This document shows, in pieces, positions 9,104-18,441 of a stretch of DNA of 64,000 nt (positions are counted from its first letter, which is position 1; each line of letters opens with the position of its first letter). The stretch covers positions 4,481 to 68,480 of the forward strand of contig CALUXJ010000001.1 of the NCBI GenBank assembly GCA_944324725.1, written 5' to 3'. Origin of the DNA: an uncultured Acholeplasmatales bacterium (GTDB lineage: Bacteria; Bacillota_I; Bacilli_A; Acholeplasmatales; Anaeroplasmataceae). The notes under the pieces were generated by a model. That model saw only the letters and a list, made by a program, of their open reading frames with translations, had not been told where the DNA came from and did not search any database. A program made the position numbers and the translations under genes.

Positions 9104-10959
9104 GTTTTTCTTATCCACTTGGTTTTTTGATTCTAATTTTTATCCCTGTTTTAATTATTCTTTATATTCTAAAGAATAAATTTACAGAACAAACAGTATC
9201 TTCGACTTATATTTGGACATTGAGCGAAAAATTCTTAAAAAGAAGAAGACCCATTTCGCGGATATATGGTATATTGAGCTTGGTTTTACAATGTTTACTT
9301 GTTGCGGTTATTGCTTTGGCTGTTGCTCATCCACAAATAAAATTGCCTAATCAGGCTCGTGACTATTGCTTTATTATTGATTCTTCTGGTAGTATGCTAA
9401 TTAAAAATGGAGACAGTACCCGTTATGATTTAGCTAAGGAAGAAATCAGTAGTATTATAGATAATTCCCAATTAGGTTCTACTTATACACTTATTAGTTG
9501 TGCGGAAGAACCAACGGTTATTTATGAAGCGATTACCAATAAGGAAAGTGCTATTTCCCAACTAAATACCTTAACTATCACTAGTTTAGATAGCAAATGT
9601 ATAGATGCTATGCCCTTAGCACAAAGCTTATATGATGATAATCGTTCTTTGCAGGTATACGTAGCTAGTGATAAGGATTATGCTACAAATAACATAAATT
9701 TTATATCCGTAGCTAGTCAATCTCGCAATTTCAGCTTTGCCGATGTTATTTATAATGTTAGCTTACGTCGTCTTACTCTTTCTGGAAAAATAAATTCCTA
9801 CAATGCGAGTGGTGAAGTTAAGGTTGTATTAAATGTCGATGGAGAAGATTTAGCTGAGACTAGTGTTACAGTTAATCTTAATGAAACGGCTGATTTTAAC
9901 TTTACGGATGTTAATGTGACTGAAAACTATCAGTCTATTGCTTTAAGCTTAGTAGCTGATGATGACTTAGCTGCTGATAATACATATATTGCTTATAATT
10001 TGGTTCAAGAAAGAGTTAATAAAACGTTGTTAGTTAGCAATAATCCACTTTATTTAGAATCATTATTAAAGGCAATTGGAACACTTGATTTAAAGGTTAT
10101 AAAGCCAGAAGATTATGATACTAGCATTTATTATGGCTATGGACTTTATATCTTTGATGGTTATAATCCAAATGAATTACCTTCAGATGGTAGTGTATGG
10201 CTAATTAACTTTTCAGATGGTGTAATGAGCGATTATGGCTTTAGCTTTCAAAAAACCTTAGACTATGGTAATGTTGGTATAGTGACTGATTTAAATGATC
10301 GAAGTAATTCACTTTTAAATCAACTAAAAGCCAATTTAACCGGAGATACCTTCTATATTACAAAATATCAAAAATATGGTCTTTATAACAACTTTACTAC
10401 TTTGTTGAGTTGTGAAGGTAATCCAGTTTTGTTTGTGGGAAATACTAATTCTGGTAATAGAGAAGTAGTATTTGCTTTCGATTTACATAACTCAAATTTG
10501 CCACTTTCTATGGACTTTATTGTTTTAGTTAGTAACTTGATTAATTATTCTTTCCCTAACGTAATAGATACTACAGCATATACGGCTGGTGATACCCTAA
10601 ATGTTAATGTTTTAGCTGGTTGCTCAAGCATTGAGGTAATTAATCCTAGTGGTGTTAGTACGTATCTTGATACAAGTAGTTCAATTAGTGAGTATGTTTT
10701 AACAGAATCTGGTACTTATAATGTCAATGTAACTATTGATGGACGGGTAACTAACTTCAAAATTTTTGCTAGTTATCCTGATGCTGAAAGCCAGGTCATT
10801 GAAACACCAGAGGTAGAAAATTTAAGTTTAACTGGTGAACCAGAGGCTCACTATGGTGATGGAATTTACCAAAGCTTAATTTATTTATTTATCGCTTTAG
10901 GTGTTATCTTTATATTAGATTGGATGGTGTATTGTTATGAGCAATATAAGCTTCGCTAA
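9100..10959 (+). CDS. BatA_N (double-TM aerotolerance-regulator N-terminal domain) plus VWA-domain membrane protein, with a C-terminal TM anchor
   Basis: ATGA overlap with the DUF58 gene. N-terminus FSYPLGFLILIFIPVLIILYILK plus a second TM. MIDAS-like motif FIIDSSGSM. C-terminal TM LIYLFIALGVIFILDWMVY. Confidence 0.8.
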   Translation: MSFSYPLGFLILIFIPVLIILYILKNKFTEQTVSSTYIWTLSEKFLKRRRPISRIYGILSLVLQCLLVAVIALAVAHPQIKLPNQARDYCFIIDSSGSMLIKNGDSTRYDLAKEEISSIIDNSQLGSTYTLISCAEEPTVIYEAITNKESAISQLNTLTITSLDSKCIDAMPLAQSLYDDNRSLQVYVASDKDYATNNINFISVASQSRNFSFADVIYNVSLRRLTLSGKINSYNASGEVKVVLNVDGEDLAETSVTVNLNETADFNFTDVNVTENYQSIALSLVADDDLAADNTYIAYNLVQERVNKTLLVSNNPLYLESLLKAIGTLDLKVIKPEDYDTSIYYGYGLYIFDGYNPNELPSDGSVWLINFSDGVMSDYGFSFQKTLDYGNVGIVTDLNDRSNSLLNQLKANLTGDTFYITKYQKYGLYNNFTTLLSCEGNPVLFVGNTNSGNREVVFAFDLHNSNLPLSMDFIVLVSNLINYSFPNVIDTTAYTAGDTLNVNVLAGCSSIEVINPSGVSTYLDTSSSISEYVLTESGTYNVNVTIDGRVTNFKIFASYPDAESQVIETPEVENLSLTGEPEAHYGDGIYQSLIYLFIALGVIFILDWMVYCYEQYKLR

Positions 10960-13588
10960 TCCGTATTTAATATTGATTTTAATTCCAATTTTATTAATTA
11001 TTTTAATTCCCTTTTTTATTACCTTTAGAAAGGATAACATTGGAATTAGAAATATTTTTAGTTTAATATTACACATTGTTATTTCTATTTTAATCGTTTT
11101 TGTTATAGCAGGTATGTCATATAAAACAGCTATTGATGAAACTAACATTTATGTTTTAGCTGACGTATCCTATTCAACTAATCGAAATCTAGATACCATT
11201 GATTCATATGTTAATGAATTGGAACATAATATTGATAATAAAACTAAATTAGGTGTTGTATGTTTTGGAACAGATACACCCTACGTTTTAACTACGCCTG
11301 GTGAAAGACTTAAAAGTGTTAAGCAAGCTGTAACGGAGGAACGGGTTGATCAAAGTGGAACGGATATTGCTGGCGCTTTACGTTACACAGCTAGTTTGTT
11401 TAACGATAGTGTTATTAAACGTATTATCTTAATAACTGATGGTGATGAAACTAATAATGGCAATGTTTTAAATGTAGTTAATGAATTATATTCCCAAAAT
11501 GTCTATGTTGATGCCATTTATTTAGATGATAATTTGCCAAGTGAAGAAAAAGAGGTGCAAATTAATGAAGTTAATTACACCTTGTCAACCTATCAAAACA
11601 AAGCAGAAAGCGTTCAAATAACTATTCAATCTAATACGGATAGTAGTACTTCTTTAATTGAACTTAAAAAAGATGGTAATGTTGTTGAAACACGAGCTCC
11701 TAAATTATCTAAAGGCTTAAATGTCATTACTATGCCGCTAGATACGAGTGTAGCTGGTGAAAATAAATATGAAGTAACAGTTAATGTTACAGGTGATACT
11801 TCACCATATAATAACACATATAGATTTACCCAAACTGTTACAGAAAACATTAAAATATTATATCTAGCAAGTAATGATAATGAAAAAACTAAAGCTAGTA
11901 CCTATTTTAAGAAAGATAACACAGAGGTAACTTATCTAAATATTAGTAAGGATTCTATTCCATACACAGTAGAAGATTTATGTGCTTATGATGAATATGT
12001 ACTTTCAGATGTTGACGTAACAAAAATTAGAAATGGCTCCCAGTTTATGGCAAATCTAGATTTAATGATTTCACGCTATGCTAAAAGTTTGATAACGTTA
12101 GGTAATACTTATACGCAAAACAATAGTGAAGAGTATGAACTCCAAACTTTAGCCGATATGTTGCCGATTAAATATGGGGAAAGCGAAAGAGATGGTAAGT
12201 TAATTTGCTTATTAATTGATATTTCTAAGAGTATGACAGAATCTTACCATTTGCAAACAGCCAAAGAGGCAGCTAATAAAATTGTTGATTTAGCTTCCGA
12301 ATCTGACAATATTATGGTTTTAACCTTAAGTGGTGAAACAGCCTTCCTGCAAATTAGTACTAGTGTTAATGATGGTACAAGATTAACGATTAAAAATAAA
12401 ATTAATTCCGTTGAAGAAAGACAAGGTACACTTATTGGTTCAAGCTTAAATGAAACCTATAAAGCAATTGCTGATTTGCCATTTTTGCAAAAGCAAATCT
12501 ATTTAATTTCTGATGGTCGTAATATGACTGGTGATCCAGTAAATGCTATTGACATTGCCGGTACTATTTATAGAGAAACTGGAACAACTATTTCTTGTAT
12601 TGGTATTGGCTCAGATGATGGTTCCAATTTATTACAAAATATTGCTAAAAGTGCGGCTGGTAAATATTATACAGCTAATGAAGTTAAGGATCTAGAAGAG
12701 CTATTTGACAATGAAATATCTGAAGATGTTGGAGGTACAACTATCCCGACTGGACCGGCATTAGATGTAATTATTAACCGAGAAAGTGATGATACTCTAG
12801 CCAATATTGAAGGTAAAATAGAAGCTATTCGAGGTATGTATGCAGGAACAGCTAAAAATTCAGCAACGACAGTTTTAGACATTATCTACTCTACTAATAT
12901 AAGAGATTATGAGTATCCACTTTACTCTTATTGGCGTTATGGAAATGGCACTGTCTCAAGCTTTTCTTGTGATATTAATTCTACTTATTGGTTAAGTAAT
13001 TGGGGCAGTGGTTCTAATGGTGAAAAGTTCTTGCAAAACCTAGTTACAGCTAATTTACCAAATCAAAGGGAAGAAGTTCCTTTAATTGTTAATGTAGAAA
13101 CAGAAGGTTCAACTAGTTACGTTTATGTAAATACACCAACGTTAAATCCTAATGCTAAATTAGAGTTAACCTTAACTACTCCTGATGGTGAGCAAATTAA
13201 AAGAGAATTAGTTTATACAACAGAAGATTATCAAACTAGCTTCACTTCTAATTTAGTTGGTAGCTATCGTTTAGAGATTGCATATGAATTAAACAATGTT
13301 TCTTATACTAAAGAATATGTCTACGACGTTTCTTACCAAGAAGAATATAATAGCTTTGCTTACTATGAAATATCAAATTTAAATCATATGGTTAATAATG
13401 GTAATCCAGTTTATGAAAATGCAAGTAGTGTAGATTTAAGTATTGATGAGACTAAGAGTACAACTTATACTTATGATTTTACAGTATTATTTATGACTAT
13501 AGCTATTTGCCTATTTGTTGTTGATATCTTTATTAGAAAAGTAAAATGGGCTGATATCAAACAGTTATTTAATAGACATAAGGCCTAA
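10937..13588 (+). CDS. BatA_N-anchored protein with two VWA domains and a C-terminal TM anchor (BatB-like)
   Basis: 23-nt overlap with the upstream gene. N-terminus FANPYLILILIPILLIILIPFF plus a second TM. Two DxSxS MIDAS motifs (VLADVSYS, LLIDISKSM). PLYSYWRYGNGTVSSFSCD...W block as in Bat-cluster VWA proteins. Terminal TM VLFMTIAICLFVVDIFI. Confidence 0.8.
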   Translation: MSNISFANPYLILILIPILLIILIPFFITFRKDNIGIRNIFSLILHIVISILIVFVIAGMSYKTAIDETNIYVLADVSYSTNRNLDTIDSYVNELEHNIDNKTKLGVVCFGTDTPYVLTTPGERLKSVKQAVTEERVDQSGTDIAGALRYTASLFNDSVIKRIILITDGDETNNGNVLNVVNELYSQNVYVDAIYLDDNLPSEEKEVQINEVNYTLSTYQNKAESVQITIQSNTDSSTSLIELKKDGNVVETRAPKLSKGLNVITMPLDTSVAGENKYEVTVNVTGDTSPYNNTYRFTQTVTENIKILYLASNDNEKTKASTYFKKDNTEVTYLNISKDSIPYTVEDLCAYDEYVLSDVDVTKIRNGSQFMANLDLMISRYAKSLITLGNTYTQNNSEEYELQTLADMLPIKYGESERDGKLICLLIDISKSMTESYHLQTAKEAANKIVDLASESDNIMVLTLSGETAFLQISTSVNDGTRLTIKNKINSVEERQGTLIGSSLNETYKAIADLPFLQKQIYLISDGRNMTGDPVNAIDIAGTIYRETGTTISCIGIGSDDGSNLLQNIAKSAAGKYYTANEVKDLEELFDNEISEDVGGTTIPTGPALDVIINRESDDTLANIEGKIEAIRGMYAGTAKNSATTVLDIIYSTNIRDYEYPLYSYWRYGNGTVSSFSCDINSTYWLSNWGSGSNGEKFLQNLVTANLPNQREEVPLIVNVETEGSTSYVYVNTPTLNPNAKLELTLTTPDGEQIKRELVYTTEDYQTSFTSNLVGSYRLEIAYELNNVSYTKEYVYDVSYQEEYNSFAYYEISNLNHMVNNGNPVYENASSVDLSIDETKSTTYTYDFTVLFMTIAICLFVVDIFIRKVKWADIKQLFNRHKA

Positions 13589-13600
13589 AGGAGGGAAAAG

Positions 13601-15052
13601 ATGAAAAGAGTATTAAGTTTTGTTATTTTAATGCTACTAGCATTGTTTACCCTTTCTAGTTGTGTTGGTCAAACAACTGGTCCCCATGGTGGTAATGGTA
13701 ATGGTGGTACCACCGTTGATCCAAATCCGGATGTCGATGATAGTGATCTTATTACTTATACTGTTTCACTTTATCGAAACAATCAAATTTGGATTCCTAA
13801 TATTGAAATCAAAGCCATTTTTGTTAATGACTATTCTGTATCAGAAGTCGTAATTGACGATTTTTACGGGGTGGCTACTTTTAAAGGTGATGGAGATTAT
13901 AATGTGCATCTTAGCACAGTTCCAGCTGGCTATACTTATGATCCTAATATTTATACAGTTGACCCACAACATACAGATTTAATTATTGATCTTTATCCAA
14001 TATCTAGCTTTGATTCAGGTACTGGTGCTGGTCCATATAATCCAGAAGCTTATGACATTAGTAAAACAGGCTATTATAGTGTTCAGCTATCATCTATTAA
14101 TGATAGAAAATATTTCCATTTCTTGCCAACTCAATCTGGCGAATACGCAATTGAGTCATTATGTGATATTTATGCCGATGAGGTTGATCCAATTGGTATC
14201 AAGTATACGGGTAATGAGCACTTTATCAGTGAAGAATATGGCTCAGAAGTGTATCAAGATGGTGGTGTTAGTTTAGAATCAGGTTTTACTACTAACTTCA
14301 AATTTAGTATTACCTTTGATGTTACAGAATTGAATGTAGCTCGAGTCTTTGCTATAGAAGCGGAAAGTAAAATTGAAGAATATCCAGTTACAGTATATTT
14401 TAAGGTTGAATATGTTGATTCTTACTCTAAAGGACCTGCCTTCAATCCTAAAGTTATTGAACCAGAAGAAGCCTCTATAGATGTAACGCCAAAAGAATCA
14501 GGCTCTTTACACTGGTTAACAGACTTAAATGGTGGTGTCCTAGATGTTAGAGATTATGCTTATAACGAAGCTGATGGTTTCTGGCATGTTTATGATGAAG
14601 AAAAATATGCCTCAACTAATGGCTATGGTCCTACACTTGTTTGTCGTGTTAATATCAATATGACTATTCCTGCTATAGGTGATAGTATTGCAACTGCTCT
14701 AAGTTATGGTCCAACTTTTCTATGTTTATTAGGTGATGATGGTGAGCGTCTATGCTATGATTATTTCCTATATGGTAGAGTTGAATCGGGTGGCGTTTTA
14801 CAGGGACCTGTCTTTAATGAAGATGGTTCTAAGCTGGATTATCAAGGCGATTGTTATATGAATTATATGAATAGTGAAGGTATGGTTTACGTAACTAACG
14901 AATTGATGGAATTCTGGCAACTATTAGCTAATAATAAAGAGTACTTTAAAGATGGTATGGGTTGGGTTGAAACTCAAACTAATTCATATGGTCAATACAT
15001 TTCGGCTGGTCAAGAAGATCAATGGCTTTTTGCTTGTGGTTACTATGCCTAG
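13601..15052 (+). CDS. Surface lipoprotein of unknown function (prealbumin/CarboxypepD_reg-like module plus a PPC-like module)
   Basis: AGGAGGG RBS. Lipobox TLSSC followed by a Gly/Asn/Asp-rich linker. DGDYNVHLSTVPAGYTYDPNIY and YYSVQLSS...YFHFLPTQSGEYAIES resemble the modules in 18442-19374. Confidence 0.7.
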   Translation: MKRVLSFVILMLLALFTLSSCVGQTTGPHGGNGNGGTTVDPNPDVDDSDLITYTVSLYRNNQIWIPNIEIKAIFVNDYSVSEVVIDDFYGVATFKGDGDYNVHLSTVPAGYTYDPNIYTVDPQHTDLIIDLYPISSFDSGTGAGPYNPEAYDISKTGYYSVQLSSINDRKYFHFLPTQSGEYAIESLCDIYADEVDPIGIKYTGNEHFISEEYGSEVYQDGGVSLESGFTTNFKFSITFDVTELNVARVFAIEAESKIEEYPVTVYFKVEYVDSYSKGPAFNPKVIEPEEASIDVTPKESGSLHWLTDLNGGVLDVRDYAYNEADGFWHVYDEEKYASTNGYGPTLVCRVNINMTIPAIGDSIATALSYGPTFLCLLGDDGERLCYDYFLYGRVESGGVLQGPVFNEDGSKLDYQGDCYMNYMNSEGMVYVTNELMEFWQLLANNKEYFKDGMGWVETQTNSYGQYISAGQEDQWLFACGYYA

Positions 15053-15069
15053 CATTAAATGATTAAATG

Positions 15070-15115
15070 TCTCTAAGGTAGATAAGTCACTCTGCCTTAG
15101 AGATATTTTTATTTT
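15070..15115 (+). terminator. Intrinsic terminator ending the nine-gene operon
   Basis: 9-bp stem TCTCTAAGG (15070-15078) / CCTTAGAGA (15095-15103) followed by TATTTTTATTTT. Confidence 0.65.
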
Positions 15116-15319
15116 ATATATCTTACTTTTACTTTTTATAATTTTAGAACAGTTGTATAAAGAGTAAAAACAGCTAATAATTGAGATAAATAAGAGGGGT
15201 TTTAGCTAATGCCATTATTGATATATGTTAGTTGTTAGGCAATACTAAGAAAAAACGTTTTAAAAATTTAAAAAAATCGAAAAAATGTGTTTTTTTTAGT
15301 ATAAAATTATAAAACTTGC

Positions 15320-15347
15320 TTGATTTCTTGAATTTTAGAGTTATAAT
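15320..15347 (+). promoter_or_regulatory. Sigma-A-type promoter candidate for 15382-18351
   Basis: TTGATT (15320-15325), 16-nt spacer, TATAAT (15342-15347), about 35 nt upstream of the start codon, in a 329-nt AT-rich intergenic region. Confidence 0.45.
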
Positions 15348-15381
15348 GAAAACAAAATTTAAAAATAGGGGATGAATAGAT

Positions 15382-18351
15382 ATGAAAGGTAAAAAAATTG
15401 TTTTATCTTTAGCAGCTTCATTAGGAGCTGTGGCAGGTTTAGCAGGTTGTAAAGATGATGTAGAAGATGTTACTAAATATAATGTCGTATTTAAAAACGG
15501 AGATACAGTAATATCAAGTGAAGATGTAGTTGAAGGAAGTTATTTTGCTGTTCCTAGTGCTCCAGCAGCAGCCGAAGGTTACTATTTTGTTGGTTGGGAT
15601 GGCAATAATGATGGTCAAGCTGATGATGTCACAAAAGCTACAGCAGATATTACTTATAAAGCTGTCTTTGAAGCACTTCCAGAAGGGGCTAAAACAGTTA
15701 CCTTTAAAAATGGGGATACTATCGTTGGGGTTGTTTTATATAATTCAGGCGATGAAGAAATTGTTGAGCCTCAAGTACCAGCAAAAGCTGGTTATACAGG
15801 TTCATGGGAAGCCTATGAACTAAATGGCGAAGACATTGTTGTTAATGCTAGTTATGTTGCGACACGTTATTTTGTTAATTATGTCGTTGATGGAGTAACT
15901 ATTTCTCGCTTACCATTTACGGTTGAAAACCCTCAAGTTACAGCACCACAAGTTCCAGCAAAAGAAGGCTATAGTGCTGCTTGGGAAACTTATAGCTTAG
16001 ATGGTGTTACAAGCGATATCTATGTTAATGCTATTTATACTGCTAACCCATTAACAATTAACGATTTCTTAGGAATTTACAATAATGGTGAAGAAACTAT
16101 TTCTGTAACTCCTACAGAAGTTGAAGTTTATTTCTATGATACAGATTTTGATCGTTATGTTACTAGAACTTTTGTAGCTGATTCAGAAGAGTCTGATTAT
16201 TATTTCAAAGTTGAAGGTAACAACTTAAATCTATATGACTATATGGATAAAGTGCAAAAGAGCTATCAATTAATTGATGGTAAGTTAGTTGCTAATACCA
16301 ACAAAGTAGAAGTATCTACTTGGGGTTCTTATGAATATAAGGTTGATGGTGTGGTTTCAGCTACCCTAAAGATTGATGAAGATGGCTTCTTATATACGGT
16401 TGGTGATAAGGTTTACGATGCAGCCTACGCAATTGAGAACGATGCAATTGTGGTTATGGTTGGGGAAGATTCTGTAACATTTAATTTAAATTCTAATAAC
16501 AATTATGAATTAACAGTTGGCAATGATACACAAGAGTTTGTTAAGGTCGTTCCTACTGAATGGTATGGTACATATTATTATGCTCAAAATAATCCAAGTT
16601 TAATTACAATTAGTGCTGAAGTGCTTAATGACATTAAACTTGTAAAAGATGGCTTTGAATATCAAGGAACAACCTTCATTCCAACCGATAGTGGTAGTTT
16701 AAACTATATTGATTGGAGTGGCAACTTAGCTGAAGAAAAAGAATATGATTCAGAGGGTAATCCAATTATTCTTGGTTTAGCTGAATATGTTAAACTTGAA
16801 AATCAAGCAGTTCCTGAATCATTATATGGTCTTTATCGGGGCTCATATAGTACAGTTACTATTTCTGAAGAAGGCGTTACTGTTTATGGTACATTAGTTC
16901 CAATGAGCAGTGTGGTTTATAGTGTTGGTAAGACTAGCGATGGGGACGAAATTCGTTTATTATCAGCTAATGGTAATAATTTTAAAGTTGGCGATGGTAC
17001 TCTATCTGATTATGGTACTTACTATAAATCTAATGTTGAAGACACTACAAGTTTAAATACAACAATACCAGCTGAATATGATGCGTATAAAAATATTTTA
17101 TATACTGGTAGTGGTTTATTATTTGAAATGACAGATAATTCTATTTCATATAGTGCTAGTGGTTATGAAAGCTTAAAATTCTATGTTGATGATGCTAAGA
17201 AAATTCATATTTTCAAGAGTACATCTTATGCAATAGCCGATGAAATTATTGTAGAAATTGTTGATGGTAAATTAATGGTTGATGGTGTTGAATATGCTGC
17301 TTTCAACATTGCTTTAGATGATATTGTTGGTACATATTTAAATGGTGATAATGAGATTGTCGTTACTGCTGATGGTATTAATTATTTAGGCGATAAATAT
17401 GCTAAGGCTGATTTAACAATTAGTGTTTATAGTATTAAATTAACAGATACTGTAACTTTAGTGTATGATCCTGATACATTAAGCTTTACAGTTGGCGGTG
17501 TTTCATACACTTATTCTCCAACATTATCTTTACAAATTCCAGAAGAAATGTATGGCTCATATTTCTCTGGCGCAATGGGTCAAATTAAGATTGATAAATC
17601 TGGTGTATATTACATAGATTTATATAATAACAGCAATACTTGTAGTGTAGTTATAGATGGTAATAATTATAGCTTATCTTATGTTCTTTATGGCAGCAAA
17701 ACTTCAATCGACCTTACTTATGATGAAACAAATAAGCAATTTGTTGATGGCGATAATGTTTATACTAAATTACTAGCTCAAGTAGTTCCAAGCACATGGG
17801 TAGAAGGTACTTATGAAGCCAAGGTTATGTCATGGGGTTCTGAAGTAACTTATTCAGTAGTAATTGATGGTAACTCTATTACCTATGTGAACAATTGGGG
17901 AGAAGCTAGTAGCAATTTAATAATTGTTTCCGATACTAATTTCTATATTGGAACAAATTCATTTGTCTATGATGTTGAAACTCATACCATTTCTGCTAAT
18001 ATTCCAGGTGCTGGTAGTGTTGTCTTTGAATTTGTTAGTTCAAATGATGGTGGAAATTCTGAAGCTTCTACTGAAATTAACTCAGCAATGATTGGAACCT
18101 GGACAGGTACAGGTACAACTGATGAATATTGGACCGTTGAAATAGTTGATGAAGATGGAACAGTGACATTAGCTTGGGCAACTGGTATTGGTAGTACCCC
18201 TAATTCTTTTTCGTATACTGTTATTGATGAAAATACGATTAAGGATGTAGCTGGGTATCAGTTCCACTATGACGCAGATAGAAGTATGTTAATTGTAACA
18301 GACACTTTCGAAGATTTGATTGTAGCTGAATTAACACTTGGTGGTAGATAA
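15382..18351 (+). CDS. Large surface lipoprotein: three Listeria-Bacteroides (Flg_new) repeats followed by about seven repeats of an unassigned module
   Basis: Lipobox LAGC. Flg_new signatures GYYFVGWDG, GYTGSWEAY and GYSAAWETY. Recurring module starts: FLGIYNNG, WYGTYYYA, LYGLYRGS, IVGTYLNG, MYGSYFSG, VEGTYEAK and MIGTWTGT. Confidence 0.75.
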   Translation: MKGKKIVLSLAASLGAVAGLAGCKDDVEDVTKYNVVFKNGDTVISSEDVVEGSYFAVPSAPAAAEGYYFVGWDGNNDGQADDVTKATADITYKAVFEALPEGAKTVTFKNGDTIVGVVLYNSGDEEIVEPQVPAKAGYTGSWEAYELNGEDIVVNASYVATRYFVNYVVDGVTISRLPFTVENPQVTAPQVPAKEGYSAAWETYSLDGVTSDIYVNAIYTANPLTINDFLGIYNNGEETISVTPTEVEVYFYDTDFDRYVTRTFVADSEESDYYFKVEGNNLNLYDYMDKVQKSYQLIDGKLVANTNKVEVSTWGSYEYKVDGVVSATLKIDEDGFLYTVGDKVYDAAYAIENDAIVVMVGEDSVTFNLNSNNNYELTVGNDTQEFVKVVPTEWYGTYYYAQNNPSLITISAEVLNDIKLVKDGFEYQGTTFIPTDSGSLNYIDWSGNLAEEKEYDSEGNPIILGLAEYVKLENQAVPESLYGLYRGSYSTVTISEEGVTVYGTLVPMSSVVYSVGKTSDGDEIRLLSANGNNFKVGDGTLSDYGTYYKSNVEDTTSLNTTIPAEYDAYKNILYTGSGLLFEMTDNSISYSASGYESLKFYVDDAKKIHIFKSTSYAIADEIIVEIVDGKLMVDGVEYAAFNIALDDIVGTYLNGDNEIVVTADGINYLGDKYAKADLTISVYSIKLTDTVTLVYDPDTLSFTVGGVSYTYSPTLSLQIPEEMYGSYFSGAMGQIKIDKSGVYYIDLYNNSNTCSVVIDGNNYSLSYVLYGSKTSIDLTYDETNKQFVDGDNVYTKLLAQVVPSTWVEGTYEAKVMSWGSEVTYSVVIDGNSITYVNNWGEASSNLIIVSDTNFYIGTNSFVYDVETHTISANIPGAGSVVFEFVSSNDGGNSEASTEINSAMIGTWTGTGTTDEYWTVEIVDEDGTVTLAWATGIGSTPNSFSYTVIDENTIKDVAGYQFHYDADRSMLIVTDTFEDLIVAELTLGGR

Positions 18352-18372
18352 TATAAAATTTTAATATATAGT

Positions 18373-18410
18373 AATAGAGGTGGCCTTTTTGGGGCACCTC
18401 TATTATTGCG
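18373..18410 (+). terminator. Hairpin terminator candidate
   Basis: 10-bp stem AATAGAGGTG / CACCTCTATT. The downstream U-tract is weak (ATTATTG). Confidence 0.5.
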
Positions 18411-18441
18411 AATAATAATATTTAATTAAAAGGTGGTTTAA

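Noticed and set aside
13662-14276. Same-strand alternative-frame ORFs at 13662-13853 and 13986-14276. The same applies to 15530-15823, 20991-21215, 26192-26404, 29452-29703 and 53279-53461.
   Set aside because: They are embedded in longer ORFs that carry recognisable signal peptides or domains. Their translations are repetitive L/M/V/I/K strings with no motifs.
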